Assembly (NCBI GenBank): GCA_934155645.1
Contig: CAKPHC010000007.1
Span: forward strand, 9,475-73,474
DNA length: 64,000 nucleotides
Direction: 5' to 3'
Source of the DNA: an uncultured Bacilli bacterium
Lineage (GTDB): Bacteria > Bacillota_I > Bacilli_A > RF39 > UBA660
Part shown: piece by piece, positions 30,054 through 39,170 of the stretch
Layout of the letters: the number at the start of each line of letters is the position of its first letter
Position numbering within the stretch: position 1 is the stretch's first letter
The notes under the pieces: generated by a model
Databases searched by the model: none
The model's input: only the letters and a program-made list of their open reading frames with translations
What the model was told of the DNA's origin: nothing
Made by a program: the position numbers and the translations under genes

Positions 30054-31502
30054 TTAATATTGTTTTCCAAAGTAAATTTTAGTAACAGCTTTATCGCCAC
30101 AGCAAACGCAAGGTCCATCTGGCGCTTCATCATCAATTATACAACGTGATTTGATTCCTAATTCTTCTTTGATTTTATCTTCGCAGGCTTGGTTACCACA
30201 CCAATTAACTTTGATAAATCCATTTTTATTAGTTGCAATATCTTTCATTTCTTCATAATTATTTGCTGTATAAATCATACTGTTACGTCTTGATAATGCT
30301 TTATCATACATATCTTTTTGAATTGTCACTAGTAATTCTTGTACTTTAGGTAGTACTTCAGTAGTATTAACTTGGATTTTTTCTAAAGTATCACGTCTTA
30401 CAAGTGTTACTACATTAGTTTCTAAATCTCTTTTACCTATTTCTATTCTTATTGGGTATCCTTTTACCTCAGCTTCTGCAAATCTAAATCCTGGTGTTTT
30501 ATCAGTATTATCTACTTTAACAGTTATATCGTTTTCTTTTAATTGATTTGTAATATTGTTAGTTAATTCTTCTATTCTAGAATCATTTCCGATAGGTATA
30601 ACAATTACTTGAGTTGGTGCGATATTAGGAGGTAATACTAGTCCTCTATCATCACCATGAGTCATTATTATGGCTCCTATCATCCTAGTAGAGCATCCCC
30701 ATGATGTTTGATATGGTGTTTCTAGTTTATTTTCTTTGTTTAAGAATTGAATATTAAATGCTTTAGCAAAATGGTTTCCAAAGTAATGACTTGTACCATT
30801 TTGTAGTGCTACTCCATTATACATCATCGCTTCAAGTGAGTATGTTTCTTCAGCACCTGCAAATTTTTCTTTATCAGTTTTTCTACCTACTATTACTGGA
30901 AGTGCTAGATAGTTTCTTTGAAAATTTTCATATACTCCTAGCATTTTTAGTGTTTCTTCTTTAGCCTCTTTGCTAGTTGCATGCATTGTATGACCTTCTT
31001 GCCATAGTATTTCTCTACTTCTTAAGAAAGGTCTAGTTTCTTTTTCCCATCTAACAATAGTGCACCATTGGTTATAAAGTTTAGGTAAATCACGATAAGA
31101 TTTAATTATTTTACTATAATGTTCACAAAATAAAACTTCACTAGTCGGTCTAACACACATTTTTTCATCTAGTTTTGCACTTCCGCCTTGAGTAACCCAT
31201 GCTACTTCTGGAGCAAAACCTTCTACGTGCTCTTTTTCAATATTTAATAGACTTTCTGGTATAAACATAGGCATTTGTACATTTTCATGTCCTGTATCTT
31301 TAAACATTTTGTCTAATACTTTTTGGATGTTCTCCCATATAGCATATCCGTATGGACGAATAATCATACTTCCTTTAACTGATGAGTAATCTACTAAATC
31401 AGCTTTTTTGCATACATCTGTATACCATTTTCCAAAGTCTTCATCACGACCAGTTATTTCTTTTACTTGTTTGTCATTCATAATAAATCTTCCCTTCAAC
31501 AT
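30054..31502 (-). CDS. proS: Proline--tRNA ligase (archaeal/eukaryotic-like short type)
   Basis: Class II aaRS motifs and a C-terminal zinc-binding CxxC...CxxC. Probable start at MNDKQVKE. Confidence 0.85.
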   Translation of the reverse strand: MLKGRFIMNDKQVKEITGRDEDFGKWYTDVCKKADLVDYSSVKGSMIIRPYGYAIWENIQKVLDKMFKDTGHENVQMPMFIPESLLNIEKEHVEGFAPEVAWVTQGGSAKLDEKMCVRPTSEVLFCEHYSKIIKSYRDLPKLYNQWCTIVRWEKETRPFLRSREILWQEGHTMHATSKEAKEETLKMLGVYENFQRNYLALPVIVGRKTDKEKFAGAEETYSLEAMMYNGVALQNGTSHYFGNHFAKAFNIQFLNKENKLETPYQTSWGCSTRMIGAIIMTHGDDRGLVLPPNIAPTQVIVIPIGNDSRIEELTNNITNQLKENDITVKVDNTDKTPGFRFAEAEVKGYPIRIEIGKRDLETNVVTLVRRDTLEKIQVNTTEVLPKVQELLVTIQKDMYDKALSRRNSMIYTANNYEEMKDIATNKNGFIKVNWCGNQACEDKIKEELGIKSRCIIDDEAPDGPCVCCGDKAVTKIYFGKQY

Positions 31503-31518
31503 ATTTCTTTTTTATTAT

Positions 31519-31546
31519 AAGGCATTTCTTGTTAAAAAAAAAGACT
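31519..31546 (-). terminator. Bidirectional-looking rho-independent terminator
   Basis: AAAAAAAAGACTTTTTAGTCTTTATT: an A-run, a 6-bp stem and a T-run. Confidence 0.55.
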
Positions 31547-31558
31547 TTTTAGTCTTTA

Positions 31559-31738
31559 TTAGTTAGCATTATTAGTTGCATTTCTTTTTTCTGCTTTTTT
31601 CTTATCACGACATGCTTTACATCTTTTTGGTTCATTAGTAAAACCTTTTTCAGCATAGAATTCTTGATCTCTTGCAGTAAAAGTAAATTCAGTACCACAA
31701 TCTACACATTTGATTGTTTTATCTTTATACTCAGCCAT
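31559..31738 (-). CDS. Small zinc-ribbon protein (59 aa; not in the ORF track because it is under 60 aa)
   Basis: Translation: MAEYKDKTIKCVDCGTEFTFTARDQEFYAEKGFTNEPKRCKACRDKKKAEKRNATNNAN. Perfect RBS AAGGAGGG 8 nt upstream and the terminator downstream. Confidence 0.7.
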   Translation of the reverse strand: MAEYKDKTIKCVDCGTEFTFTARDQEFYAEKGFTNEPKRCKACRDKKKAEKRNATNNAN

Positions 31739-31879
31739 CTTTTTTTCCCTCCTTAATTTAAATATTGGAACGTTCTAGAGACATTATTTTATCTTTTTTT
31801 AAATTAAGAGAGAATAATAGTCAAAATACAAGTTCAGTGAACTTCTTCACTTAGTTAAGTGTAGCACACTACTATAAAT

Positions 31880-32140
31880 TATGCAAGGAGTTTAACATTA
31901 ATTACAAAGAAGTATTTTTTGTAGAAGAAAAGAACTTTTATTGTAAAAGTCCTTTGCCTCATTTCTATAATTTTGCTACTATCTACTTTACTAGTATTGG
32001 TAATAGGAAAATAGACCCCTTTCATTTCTGATTAAGTGTCACCCTATATGAGACGACATTCAACGTAGCAAAGCTGAATGTTCCCTTTGTGTAAGCAAAG
32101 ACGATTGCTTACACATCAATAATAACATTGCCTATTTATA
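31880..32140 (+). repeat. Small-peptide cassette copy A (degenerate; peptide frame has no start codon)
   Basis: The frame ...KKRTFIVKVLCLISIILLLSTLLVLVIGK* is preceded by an in-frame TAG. It has the conserved terminator hairpin GACATTCAACG...CTGAATGTTCC plus a U-run, the second hairpin TGTAAGCAA/TTGCTTACA and the AATAACAT box. Confidence 0.55.
32055..32090 (+). terminator. Rho-independent terminator of cassette A
   Basis: Stem ACATTCA / TGAATGT followed by CCCTTTGTG. Confidence 0.5.
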
Positions 32141-32189
32141 TTGTCAAAATGAATTTAATAATTTTTATTAAAAAAATGTACTTGTTCGA

Positions 32190-32219
32190 TTGTTTTTATA
32201 AACACATCTATTATATAAT
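32190..32219 (+). promoter_or_regulatory. Promoter of cassette B
   Basis: TTGTTT, 18 nt, TATAAT. Conserved in position and sequence with cassette C. Confidence 0.5.
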
Positions 32220-32284
32220 TCTTTTTAGGAACATTTGGTTGTTGAGTGTCGTCCTCCAATCTTGATAAAGAAAGGAGGGATACA

Positions 32285-32377
32285 ATGAAGAAAAGAACTT
32301 TTATAATAAAAGTCCTTTGTCTTATTGCTATCATTTTATTACTCCTTACCTTATTGGTAATAGCAATAAAAATATAG
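32285..32377 (+). CDS. 30-aa hydrophobic peptide MKKRTFIIKVLCLIAIILLLLTLLVIAIKI (type I toxin-like)
   Basis: RBS AAAGGAGGG 5 nt upstream, a single TM helix after a KKR N-terminus, and a stem-loop immediately after the stop. Confidence 0.55.
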   Translation: MKKRTFIIKVLCLIAIILLLLTLLVIAIKI

Positions 32378-32417
32378 ACACTCTGTATTTGTAGAGTGTC
32401 TCCCCATCATAGAGGAT

Positions 32418-32456
32418 GACATTCAACGTGACAAAACTGAATGTTCCTCTTTTTTA
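32418..32456 (+). terminator. Rho-independent terminator of cassette B
   Basis: GACATTCAACG-loop-TGAATGTTC followed by TCTTTTTT. Confidence 0.6.
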
Positions 32457-32517
32457 TTATATGTAAGATTTCTTACTTACATACTAATAATAACATAAAT
32501 AATTATTCATGTCAAAA

Positions 32518-33723
32518 CTAGAAATTAAACATTATCCACTCTGGTTTTAATATTAGAAGGATTCCTATTATAAGCATAATTAATCCTCCAATTAAGTGAG
32601 TATATTTTGTATATTTAGTAGTTACTCCTGTTACCTTTAAAGTAAACATCGCTACATTGAATACAATTAAATCATCTAACATAAAGAAGAATATATAAAT
32701 TAATATATAAAGACTAGACATTTCCGTACTTACTTCATTAAGTGCTAAAATGTTAGTAAATAATACTGGTAGTCCTGCTGAACACGCTAGTTCTACAACA
32801 TTAACAGATACTGCTAATGCAATAACTCCTAAGCTTGCTAATAAAAGACTTTTTTCATGAGTAAATTTCTTTATTCTTTCAAATATTTTCTTTCTCTTTT
32901 TATCATCAACTACTTGGCAACCAGCATCTTTTTTTCTTTCTTTTAAATAACTTCTTATATTTATTAAGGCTCCTACTAAAGCTACAACGGCAATTACTAT
33001 TTGAATCCATCTTATCTCTGTTACTCGCATAACGAAGTTAAGCCATGCAACCATAAATAGTAAATAAACAGCGGCTGAAGTTGCTATAAATAATGAACCT
33101 AAATACCACATTTTCTTTTTATCTTTCATTCCTAATAACATACTTATTAAGAATATTAATACCCACATAGCACAAGGATTAAAGCCATCAACCAATCCTA
33201 TAACAACGGCGATTAATGGTAAACTAACTTTTTTAGGATCTACTTTTCCTAGTACCGGTAAGTCAACATGATTATCTACTTTAACATCACTTTGAGCTAT
33301 ATACTCTTCGGCATTTTCCTCAGTTATTTCACCTAATTCAATACCACCTACAATATCAATATAGCCACCTTTTCTATAAGACTTAATAATGTTTTCAATT
33401 TCTAATTTTGTTGAATTATTAAATCCTACACGATATTTGCTACCTATTACTGTATATGGTACATATGGAGTTTCTCCATTTATTAGTTTTTGTACTTTAT
33501 CTAATAATGCACTATTTTCTTTATTTTGAGTAACTTCATATAAATGAACTCTTATAGATTTATCACTTTTTTCAAGTTCAGATAAATACTCTTTTTCTTC
33601 TTTGCAGTGAGGACATGTAATTGAATAAAATAAATGAATATCAATAACTTCTTCCTCTGCTTTTACTCCTATTGGTAATAATAGAAATAAAAACATAAAA
33701 AATAATAATAATTTCTTTTTCAT
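32518..33723 (-). CDS. Thioredoxin-fold (CPHC) domain fused to a CcdA/DsbD-type thiol-disulfide transporter
   Basis: Signal peptide, thioredoxin-like CPHC motif, then a polytopic CcdA-like membrane domain. Confidence 0.65.
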   Translation of the reverse strand: MKKKLLLFFMFLFLLLPIGVKAEEEVIDIHLFYSITCPHCKEEKEYLSELEKSDKSIRVHLYEVTQNKENSALLDKVQKLINGETPYVPYTVIGSKYRVGFNNSTKLEIENIIKSYRKGGYIDIVGGIELGEITEENAEEYIAQSDVKVDNHVDLPVLGKVDPKKVSLPLIAVVIGLVDGFNPCAMWVLIFLISMLLGMKDKKKMWYLGSLFIATSAAVYLLFMVAWLNFVMRVTEIRWIQIVIAVVALVGALINIRSYLKERKKDAGCQVVDDKKRKKIFERIKKFTHEKSLLLASLGVIALAVSVNVVELACSAGLPVLFTNILALNEVSTEMSSLYILIYIFFFMLDDLIVFNVAMFTLKVTGVTTKYTKYTHLIGGLIMLIIGILLILKPEWIMFNF

Positions 33724-33731
33724 TGTGACAC

Positions 33732-33992
33732 CTACTTATATTTGTTTATTACTTCTTCTATTTCTTTTACTGTTTTCTCACCATTTAATCTATCTACTTC
33801 TATATCATCTTTATAAAAAATTGCTACTGGAAGTAAAGTGCCTGGATTATATGTTTTTACTATATCTTCATCCATATCATAATCATAATTAATTATTTCG
33901 ATATCTGAATGCTCTTCTTCTATTTTTTTCCATACTTTGTGCATTGATAGGCACCCACCACACCACATAGCATTAATTCTTATTATTTTCAT
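33732..33992 (-). CDS. Thioredoxin-like protein
   Basis: 86 aa with WCGGC active site. Confidence 0.6.
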   Translation of the reverse strand: MKIIRINAMWCGGCLSMHKVWKKIEEEHSDIEIINYDYDMDEDIVKTYNPGTLLPVAIFYKDDIEVDRLNGEKTVKEIEEVINKYK

Positions 33993-35131
33993 TATTTACT
34001 CCTTAACATTAATCTATCTACGGTATCAACAAATACTTTTAAGAACGTATCTATTTCTTCTTCTTTAGTAACATATGAAATACTGATACGAATACTTGTT
34101 TCTGCTAGTGCTTTACTGCCAGTTAATGAGTATACAGCTTTAGAATAGCTATTACTACTAGCACATGCAGTTTGAGTTGATATATATATTTCTTTTTCTT
34201 CTAAAGCATGAAGCATAGTTTCTGGTTTTACTTCTAAAACACTTAAATTTAATATATATGGTAAACATTTATCATTGCTATTGATATGAATAGTTGAATA
34301 TTTACCTAATTCATTTCTTAATTTATTATTAAGCTTTTCTACATATTTATAATTGTCTTCTATATTTTGATATGCTAGACGCATTGCTTTAGATAATGAT
34401 GCGATTAGCGCTACAGCTGGAGTACCACTTCTATATATAGTAGTACTTTTTCCACCATGGATTAGTGGTATTAAGTTAATCTTTTCTTTCTTTATAAGAC
34501 CACCAATTCCTTTTATACCAAATATTTTATGAGCTGAGAAACTTGCTAAATCAATATTTTCTAAATTTACTTTTTTCTTACCAATTATCTGGGTTAAATC
34601 AGAGTGAAAGAAACATTTTGGATAGTCTTTTAATATTTCACCAATTTCTTCAATTGGTTCAATTATTCCTATTTCACTATTTACTGCTGTTATAGAAACT
34701 AAAATAGTATCATCTCTTAATAGTTTTTTTAAATCATCTAAATCAACAACACCATTTTCATCTGTTTTTACAAAATCTACTTCAAATCCTAGAGTCTGTA
34801 AATAACTAAGTGGTCCATATATTGATGAGTGTTCAAAATTAGTAGTTATTATATGTTTACCTCTATTTTGATATTGTAAGCATATACCTTTTATAACTGT
34901 ATTGTTTGATTCACTTGCACCACTTGTATAAATAATCTCTTTTGGTTTTACTCCTAAGATATCGGCAATCTGTTTAGTAGCTGCATCTATTAAATCAGCT
35001 GATTTTCTTCCTAAAGTATGAAGTGAATTAGGATTCCCAATAAATTCTTTAGATACTTTTACAAATGTATCTAGTACTTCACCATTAGTTGGAGTTGTAG
35101 CTGAATAGTCTAAATATATCATTAATATCAC
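33992..35131 (-). CDS. Cysteine desulfurase-family class V aminotransferase (NifS/IscS-like)
   Basis: PLP-lysine region SFSAHKIFGIKGIGGL and SGASESNN. Confidence 0.75.
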   Translation of the reverse strand: MILMIYLDYSATTPTNGEVLDTFVKVSKEFIGNPNSLHTLGRKSADLIDAATKQIADILGVKPKEIIYTSGASESNNTVIKGICLQYQNRGKHIITTNFEHSSIYGPLSYLQTLGFEVDFVKTDENGVVDLDDLKKLLRDDTILVSITAVNSEIGIIEPIEEIGEILKDYPKCFFHSDLTQIIGKKKVNLENIDLASFSAHKIFGIKGIGGLIKKEKINLIPLIHGGKSTTIYRSGTPAVALIASLSKAMRLAYQNIEDNYKYVEKLNNKLRNELGKYSTIHINSNDKCLPYILNLSVLEVKPETMLHALEEKEIYISTQTACASSNSYSKAVYSLTGSKALAETSIRISISYVTKEEEIDTFLKVFVDTVDRLMLRSK

Positions 35132-35180
35132 CTCTTAAAATTATATCAAAAAAAAAGAGTAATGACTACCCTTTTACATT

Positions 35181-35807
35181 TTATTGACGTAATTTATATA
35201 TCTGATATTGAAAATCATCACTTGACGTAATATAACTACCACTTACTAAAATATCAGCACCTTTTAATTTTTTTGATACTTCATCATTTATTCCACCATC
35301 AACGCTTATTAAAATCTTTTTATTTTTTTCATCTAATAGTTTGCGTAATTTCTTTACTTTTGATATGGTATCTTCAATAAATGCTTGTCCACCTTTACCT
35401 GGATTAACAGACATAACAAGTATTAAATCAATTCTATCTAAGTATGGAATTAATGCTTCAATATCTGTTTCTGGTTTTATTGCAAGGCCTTTTCTTATTC
35501 CATAAGCTTCGATTAAATCAAGAGATTTATCAATGTTTTTTGTTTCAACATGAATTGTTATAAATTCCGTATTAAGTGATGCATAATTATCTATAAATTT
35601 AAGAGGTTTTTTTACCATTAAGTGTACATCTAATCTTTTATTAGTATAAGCAGATATATCTTTTATCTTTTTAAATGGAAGTGACTTATTTCTTACAAAG
35701 TGTCCATCCATAACATCAACATGAATAAAATCAGCATTTGTAATATTTAATTTTCTTAAATCTTCTTTAAAGTTTTTGCTAGATAAATACGAAACTGATA
35801 TTTTCAT
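35181..35807 (-). CDS. rpe: Ribulose-phosphate 3-epimerase
   Basis: HVDVMDGHFV and MSVNPGKGGQ motifs. Confidence 0.85.
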   Translation of the reverse strand: MKISVSYLSSKNFKEDLRKLNITNADFIHVDVMDGHFVRNKSLPFKKIKDISAYTNKRLDVHLMVKKPLKFIDNYASLNTEFITIHVETKNIDKSLDLIEAYGIRKGLAIKPETDIEALIPYLDRIDLILVMSVNPGKGGQAFIEDTISKVKKLRKLLDEKNKKILISVDGGINDEVSKKLKGADILVSGSYITSSDDFQYQIYKLRQ

Positions 35808-35811
35808 TTTA

Positions 35812-36639
35812 TCACCTACTACTTATAAATTTTTTATAATCTTCATATCTTGATTCTAAGATATTACCTTTTTCTACTTCTTTCTTTATTCTACACTCTT
35901 TTTCTGTTAAATGCATACAGTCCTTAAATGGACAAGGATAGTTTTTAAATTCTATAAAACAGTTTCTGATATCCTCTTTTGTCATTTTGCTAAATTCAAT
36001 AGCAGAAAAACCTGGGGTGTCTACTATTTTACCTCCATAAAGTTCTAGTAATTGAACAAATCTAGTTGTATGTTTGCCTCTTCCTAAAGCTTTAGATATT
36101 TCTCCTGTTTCTAAGTTTAGTTTTTTATCTAATTTATTGATTAAAGTACTTTTACCTGCTCCACTTTGACCAGTAAATACAGTTGTTTTACCTTTAAATA
36201 GTCTTTTTATACGGAATAGATTAGTATTATATAAAACTTTGTATCCTAATTTCTTATAGTATTTAACATATTTTTTTATATCTTTTTTCTCTTCTTTAGT
36301 TAATAAATCATTTTTAGTTAAGCAGATAATCGGTTTAATTTTATTAAATTCCATTACTACTAGTAATTTATCTAATAGATTAGGAGAAAAAAGAGGGTCT
36401 TTTAGACTTGTTACTATTAGACCCTGGTCTATATTACTTACTAATGGTCGTTCTAATTCATTATGTCTTGGTAATATTTCTAATATATAGTTGTTTTCTT
36501 TATCAAATTTAACAAAGTCACCAACCATTGGACTTATATTATCATTTCTAAATTTACCTCTACTGTGGCACTCATAGATTTTACCATTACTATTTACAGT
36601 GTATAAGTTACTAATTATTTTTATTATTTGTCCTTCCAT
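35812..36639 (-). CDS. rsgA: Ribosome small-subunit biogenesis GTPase RsgA (YjeQ)
   Basis: VFTGQSGAGKSTLIN and a C-terminal zinc finger (C..C..H..C). Confidence 0.85.
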   Translation of the reverse strand: MEGQIIKIISNLYTVNSNGKIYECHSRGKFRNDNISPMVGDFVKFDKENNYILEILPRHNELERPLVSNIDQGLIVTSLKDPLFSPNLLDKLLVVMEFNKIKPIICLTKNDLLTKEEKKDIKKYVKYYKKLGYKVLYNTNLFRIKRLFKGKTTVFTGQSGAGKSTLINKLDKKLNLETGEISKALGRGKHTTRFVQLLELYGGKIVDTPGFSAIEFSKMTKEDIRNCFIEFKNYPCPFKDCMHLTEKECRIKKEVEKGNILESRYEDYKKFISSR

Positions 36640-36654
36640 TAGTCCCCCTTATAA

Positions 36655-38427
36655 TTAGTTATTATCATCACTAGGTTTGCCATTATCACTAGGATTAATT
36701 TCTGGCGGTAATGTTATTTCTTTTGCTACTACTATTTTTAATGTTGCACCAGATACTACTTTACCAGTTCTAGATTGACTTATTATTTTTCCAGCTGGAT
36801 ATTGACTTGTTTCTTCATATTGAATATTTAGTTTAATGTTATTTTTAGTACAGAATTCTTCAATATCACTAACAGACCACTCTTCATTAACGAAATCTGG
36901 ATATTCTTCGTATACATCTGGAATATATAGTATGATTTCATCACCTTTTTTAAGTTCAGTACCCGCTTTTACACTTTGGTCAATTATAGCTTGTGGGTCT
37001 GTGTCATCAGTTAAAGTTACTGACTTTTTCTCAATTCTTACTTTTAATCCATGAACATTTTCAAGTAATGTTTGAATTTGAATATAGTTTTGTGTTGTAT
37101 AATCTTCTACTACATAAGTTTCAGTACCAATTGATTCATGTAATGTAACTGTACTTCCCTTTTTAATACTTCTTCCTATACCCGGGTCAGTTCTTGTAAC
37201 TTCTCCAACATCATATTTATCACTAGCTTCTTTTACAGTTTCTACATTTACTTTGAAACCTTTTTCTTGTAATATTTCTTCAGCATCCGCTACTAATAGT
37301 CCTGCAACATCTGGTATTTTTATATTTGGAACTTTTGTCAAGGCAGGAATTATAAATATGATTAAGGCCATTGCTATTAAAATAATTAGGAAAATTCCCG
37401 AAAGAATCCATATTACAGCATTGAATTTTTTCTCACCTTTAGTTGGAACTTCTTGGATAAAGTCTCCAGTGTCTTCTATTTCTTCTTCTTTATCTTTAGT
37501 TTTTTCTTTTTTCTCTTTTTTGATAGCAGGTATTACTCTTGTATCGTCAAGTTCATGTTCAGGATAAGGATAAACATAACGTTCTTGATTCATTACATCT
37601 GGATCTAATGCGCGTTTTAAATCATTATGCATTTCTTTAACATCGTTATATCTATTCTTAGGATTTTTTGCTGTTGCTTTTAATATTATATTTTCAATAC
37701 TTTGTGGCACACTTGGATTTTGTCTTCTAACACTAGGAAGAGGTTCTTTCATGTGTTTTAGGGCGATTTCTACAGCATTATCGCCTTTAAATGGTAATGT
37801 TCCTGTTAGTAATTCATAAAACAAAATTCCCATTGAGTATATATCGCATTTGATAGTTGAACCTTTACCTGTTGCTTGTTCTGGTGGTAAGTAATGAACA
37901 CTACCCATAACTGAATTAGTTTGTGTTAATTGGGTTGAATTTAGTGCCATAGCTATTCCAAAGTCAGTTATTTTTATCTTGCCATCATCTTGAATCATTA
38001 TATTTTGAGGTTTTAAATCTCTATGAATAATATAACTATCATGAGCATGTGCTATACCGTCAGTAAGTTGTAACATAATATCTACTGCTTCACTAACAGT
38101 TAAACGGCCATTTGCTCTTTTCTTTAGGTATTGTTTTAATGTCTTACCTTCTACATATTCCATTACTATATAATAATTTCCATTATCTTCACCAACATCA
38201 TACATCTCTACAATATTAGGGTGTGATAATGAAGAAGCTGATAAGGCCTCACGTTGAAAACGACGAATAAATTTTTCATCATTTGCTAAATCGCCTCTTA
38301 ATATTTTTATAGCAACACGTCTATCTAAAATAACATCTCTTGCTAGATAAACATTCGCCATACCACCTTCACCGATACTTTTAATTATTTCGTATCTATC
38401 ATTAATTTTTTGCCCCTTTGTTATCAA
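36655..38427 (-). CDS. prkC: Ser/Thr protein kinase with PASTA domains (PrkC-like)
   Basis: Hanks kinase motifs HRDLKPQN and DFG, a TM helix and three PASTA repeats. Confidence 0.85.
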   Translation of the reverse strand: MITKGQKINDRYEIIKSIGEGGMANVYLARDVILDRRVAIKILRGDLANDEKFIRRFQREALSASSLSHPNIVEMYDVGEDNGNYYIVMEYVEGKTLKQYLKKRANGRLTVSEAVDIMLQLTDGIAHAHDSYIIHRDLKPQNIMIQDDGKIKITDFGIAMALNSTQLTQTNSVMGSVHYLPPEQATGKGSTIKCDIYSMGILFYELLTGTLPFKGDNAVEIALKHMKEPLPSVRRQNPSVPQSIENIILKATAKNPKNRYNDVKEMHNDLKRALDPDVMNQERYVYPYPEHELDDTRVIPAIKKEKKEKTKDKEEEIEDTGDFIQEVPTKGEKKFNAVIWILSGIFLIILIAMALIIFIIPALTKVPNIKIPDVAGLLVADAEEILQEKGFKVNVETVKEASDKYDVGEVTRTDPGIGRSIKKGSTVTLHESIGTETYVVEDYTTQNYIQIQTLLENVHGLKVRIEKKSVTLTDDTDPQAIIDQSVKAGTELKKGDEIILYIPDVYEEYPDFVNEEWSVSDIEEFCTKNNIKLNIQYEETSQYPAGKIISQSRTGKVVSGATLKIVVAKEITLPPEINPSDNGKPSDDNN

Positions 38428-38429
38428 TA

Positions 38430-39170
38430 TTATTCACCACTTTCCTCTAGACTTAAGTAAGCTACTGATATATTGTCCGTTCCCCCTCGGTTATTACTTT
38501 TTCTAATTAATTTAATTACTTTATCTTCTATATCTAAATCACTTAATAATACTTTTTCTATTTGTTCTTGGTCTAACATATTTGTTAATCCATCACTACA
38601 TAGTAAAATTGACGAAATATCTAAATCACAATCAAATACATCTATGTCAATTGGGTCATTTGCTCCTAAAGCTTTCATTAAGACATTTTTCTTTGGATGG
38701 TCTTTTGCTTCTTCTTCAGTTAGTTCTCCTGCTTTTAATAGTAAATTTACTAAAGTATGGTCATATGTAACTTTATGTAAGTGACTATCTTTAATAACAA
38801 AACCAGAAGAATCTCCTATGTTACCAAATAAAATATAGTTTTTGGTTACTATGGCTACTACTAGAGTTGAACCCATACCACGTGATTCTGGATGGTCTTT
38901 TACATAACTAAATATTAATTCATTAATATCTAATACACTATCACGTAACCAGTTGACTGCTTTTACTTTTTCCATATTAGAAAATGTTTCATTAAAGCTT
39001 TTCCCTAAATAACTAATAGCGATGCTTGAAGCAACTTCACCGGCTGAGTGTCCACCCATACCATCAGCTACAGCCATTAAATAATCTCCATCTTTATTTT
39101 TAACTATAATAACGCTGTCTTCATTATGAGTTCTTACTTTACCAGCATCAGTTAAATAAAACGATTTCAT
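38430..39170 (-). CDS. prpC: PP2C-family Ser/Thr phosphatase (PrpC/Stp)
   Basis: MGGHSAGEVAS and DGLTNM motifs. Confidence 0.85.
   Translation of the reverse strand: MKSFYLTDAGKVRTHNEDSVIIVKNKDGDYLMAVADGMGGHSAGEVASSIAISYLGKSFNETFSNMEKVKAVNWLRDSVLDINELIFSYVKDHPESRGMGSTLVVAIVTKNYILFGNIGDSSGFVIKDSHLHKVTYDHTLVNLLLKAGELTEEEAKDHPKKNVLMKALGANDPIDIDVFDCDLDISSILLCSDGLTNMLDQEQIEKVLLSDLDIEDKVIKLIRKSNNRGGTDNISVAYLSLEESGE

Larger units (their letters stand above)
32185..32510 (+). repeat. Small-peptide cassette copy B (intact)
   Basis: Same architecture as copies A and C: promoter, leader AGGAACATTTGG, 30-aa ORF, three stem-loops and the AATAACAT box. Confidence 0.6.

Noticed and set aside
31503-31560. 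A T-box or riboswitch leader upstream of proS.
   Set aside because: Only about 55 nt separate proS from the upstream gene, and most of that is that gene's terminator. There is no room for a T-box.
31880-32510. The three ~250-300 bp repeats as a CRISPR array or REP/MITE element.
   Set aside because: There are no short regularly spaced direct repeats and no terminal inverted repeats. Each unit instead has a promoter, RBS, ORF and terminator, that is, gene-like cassettes.
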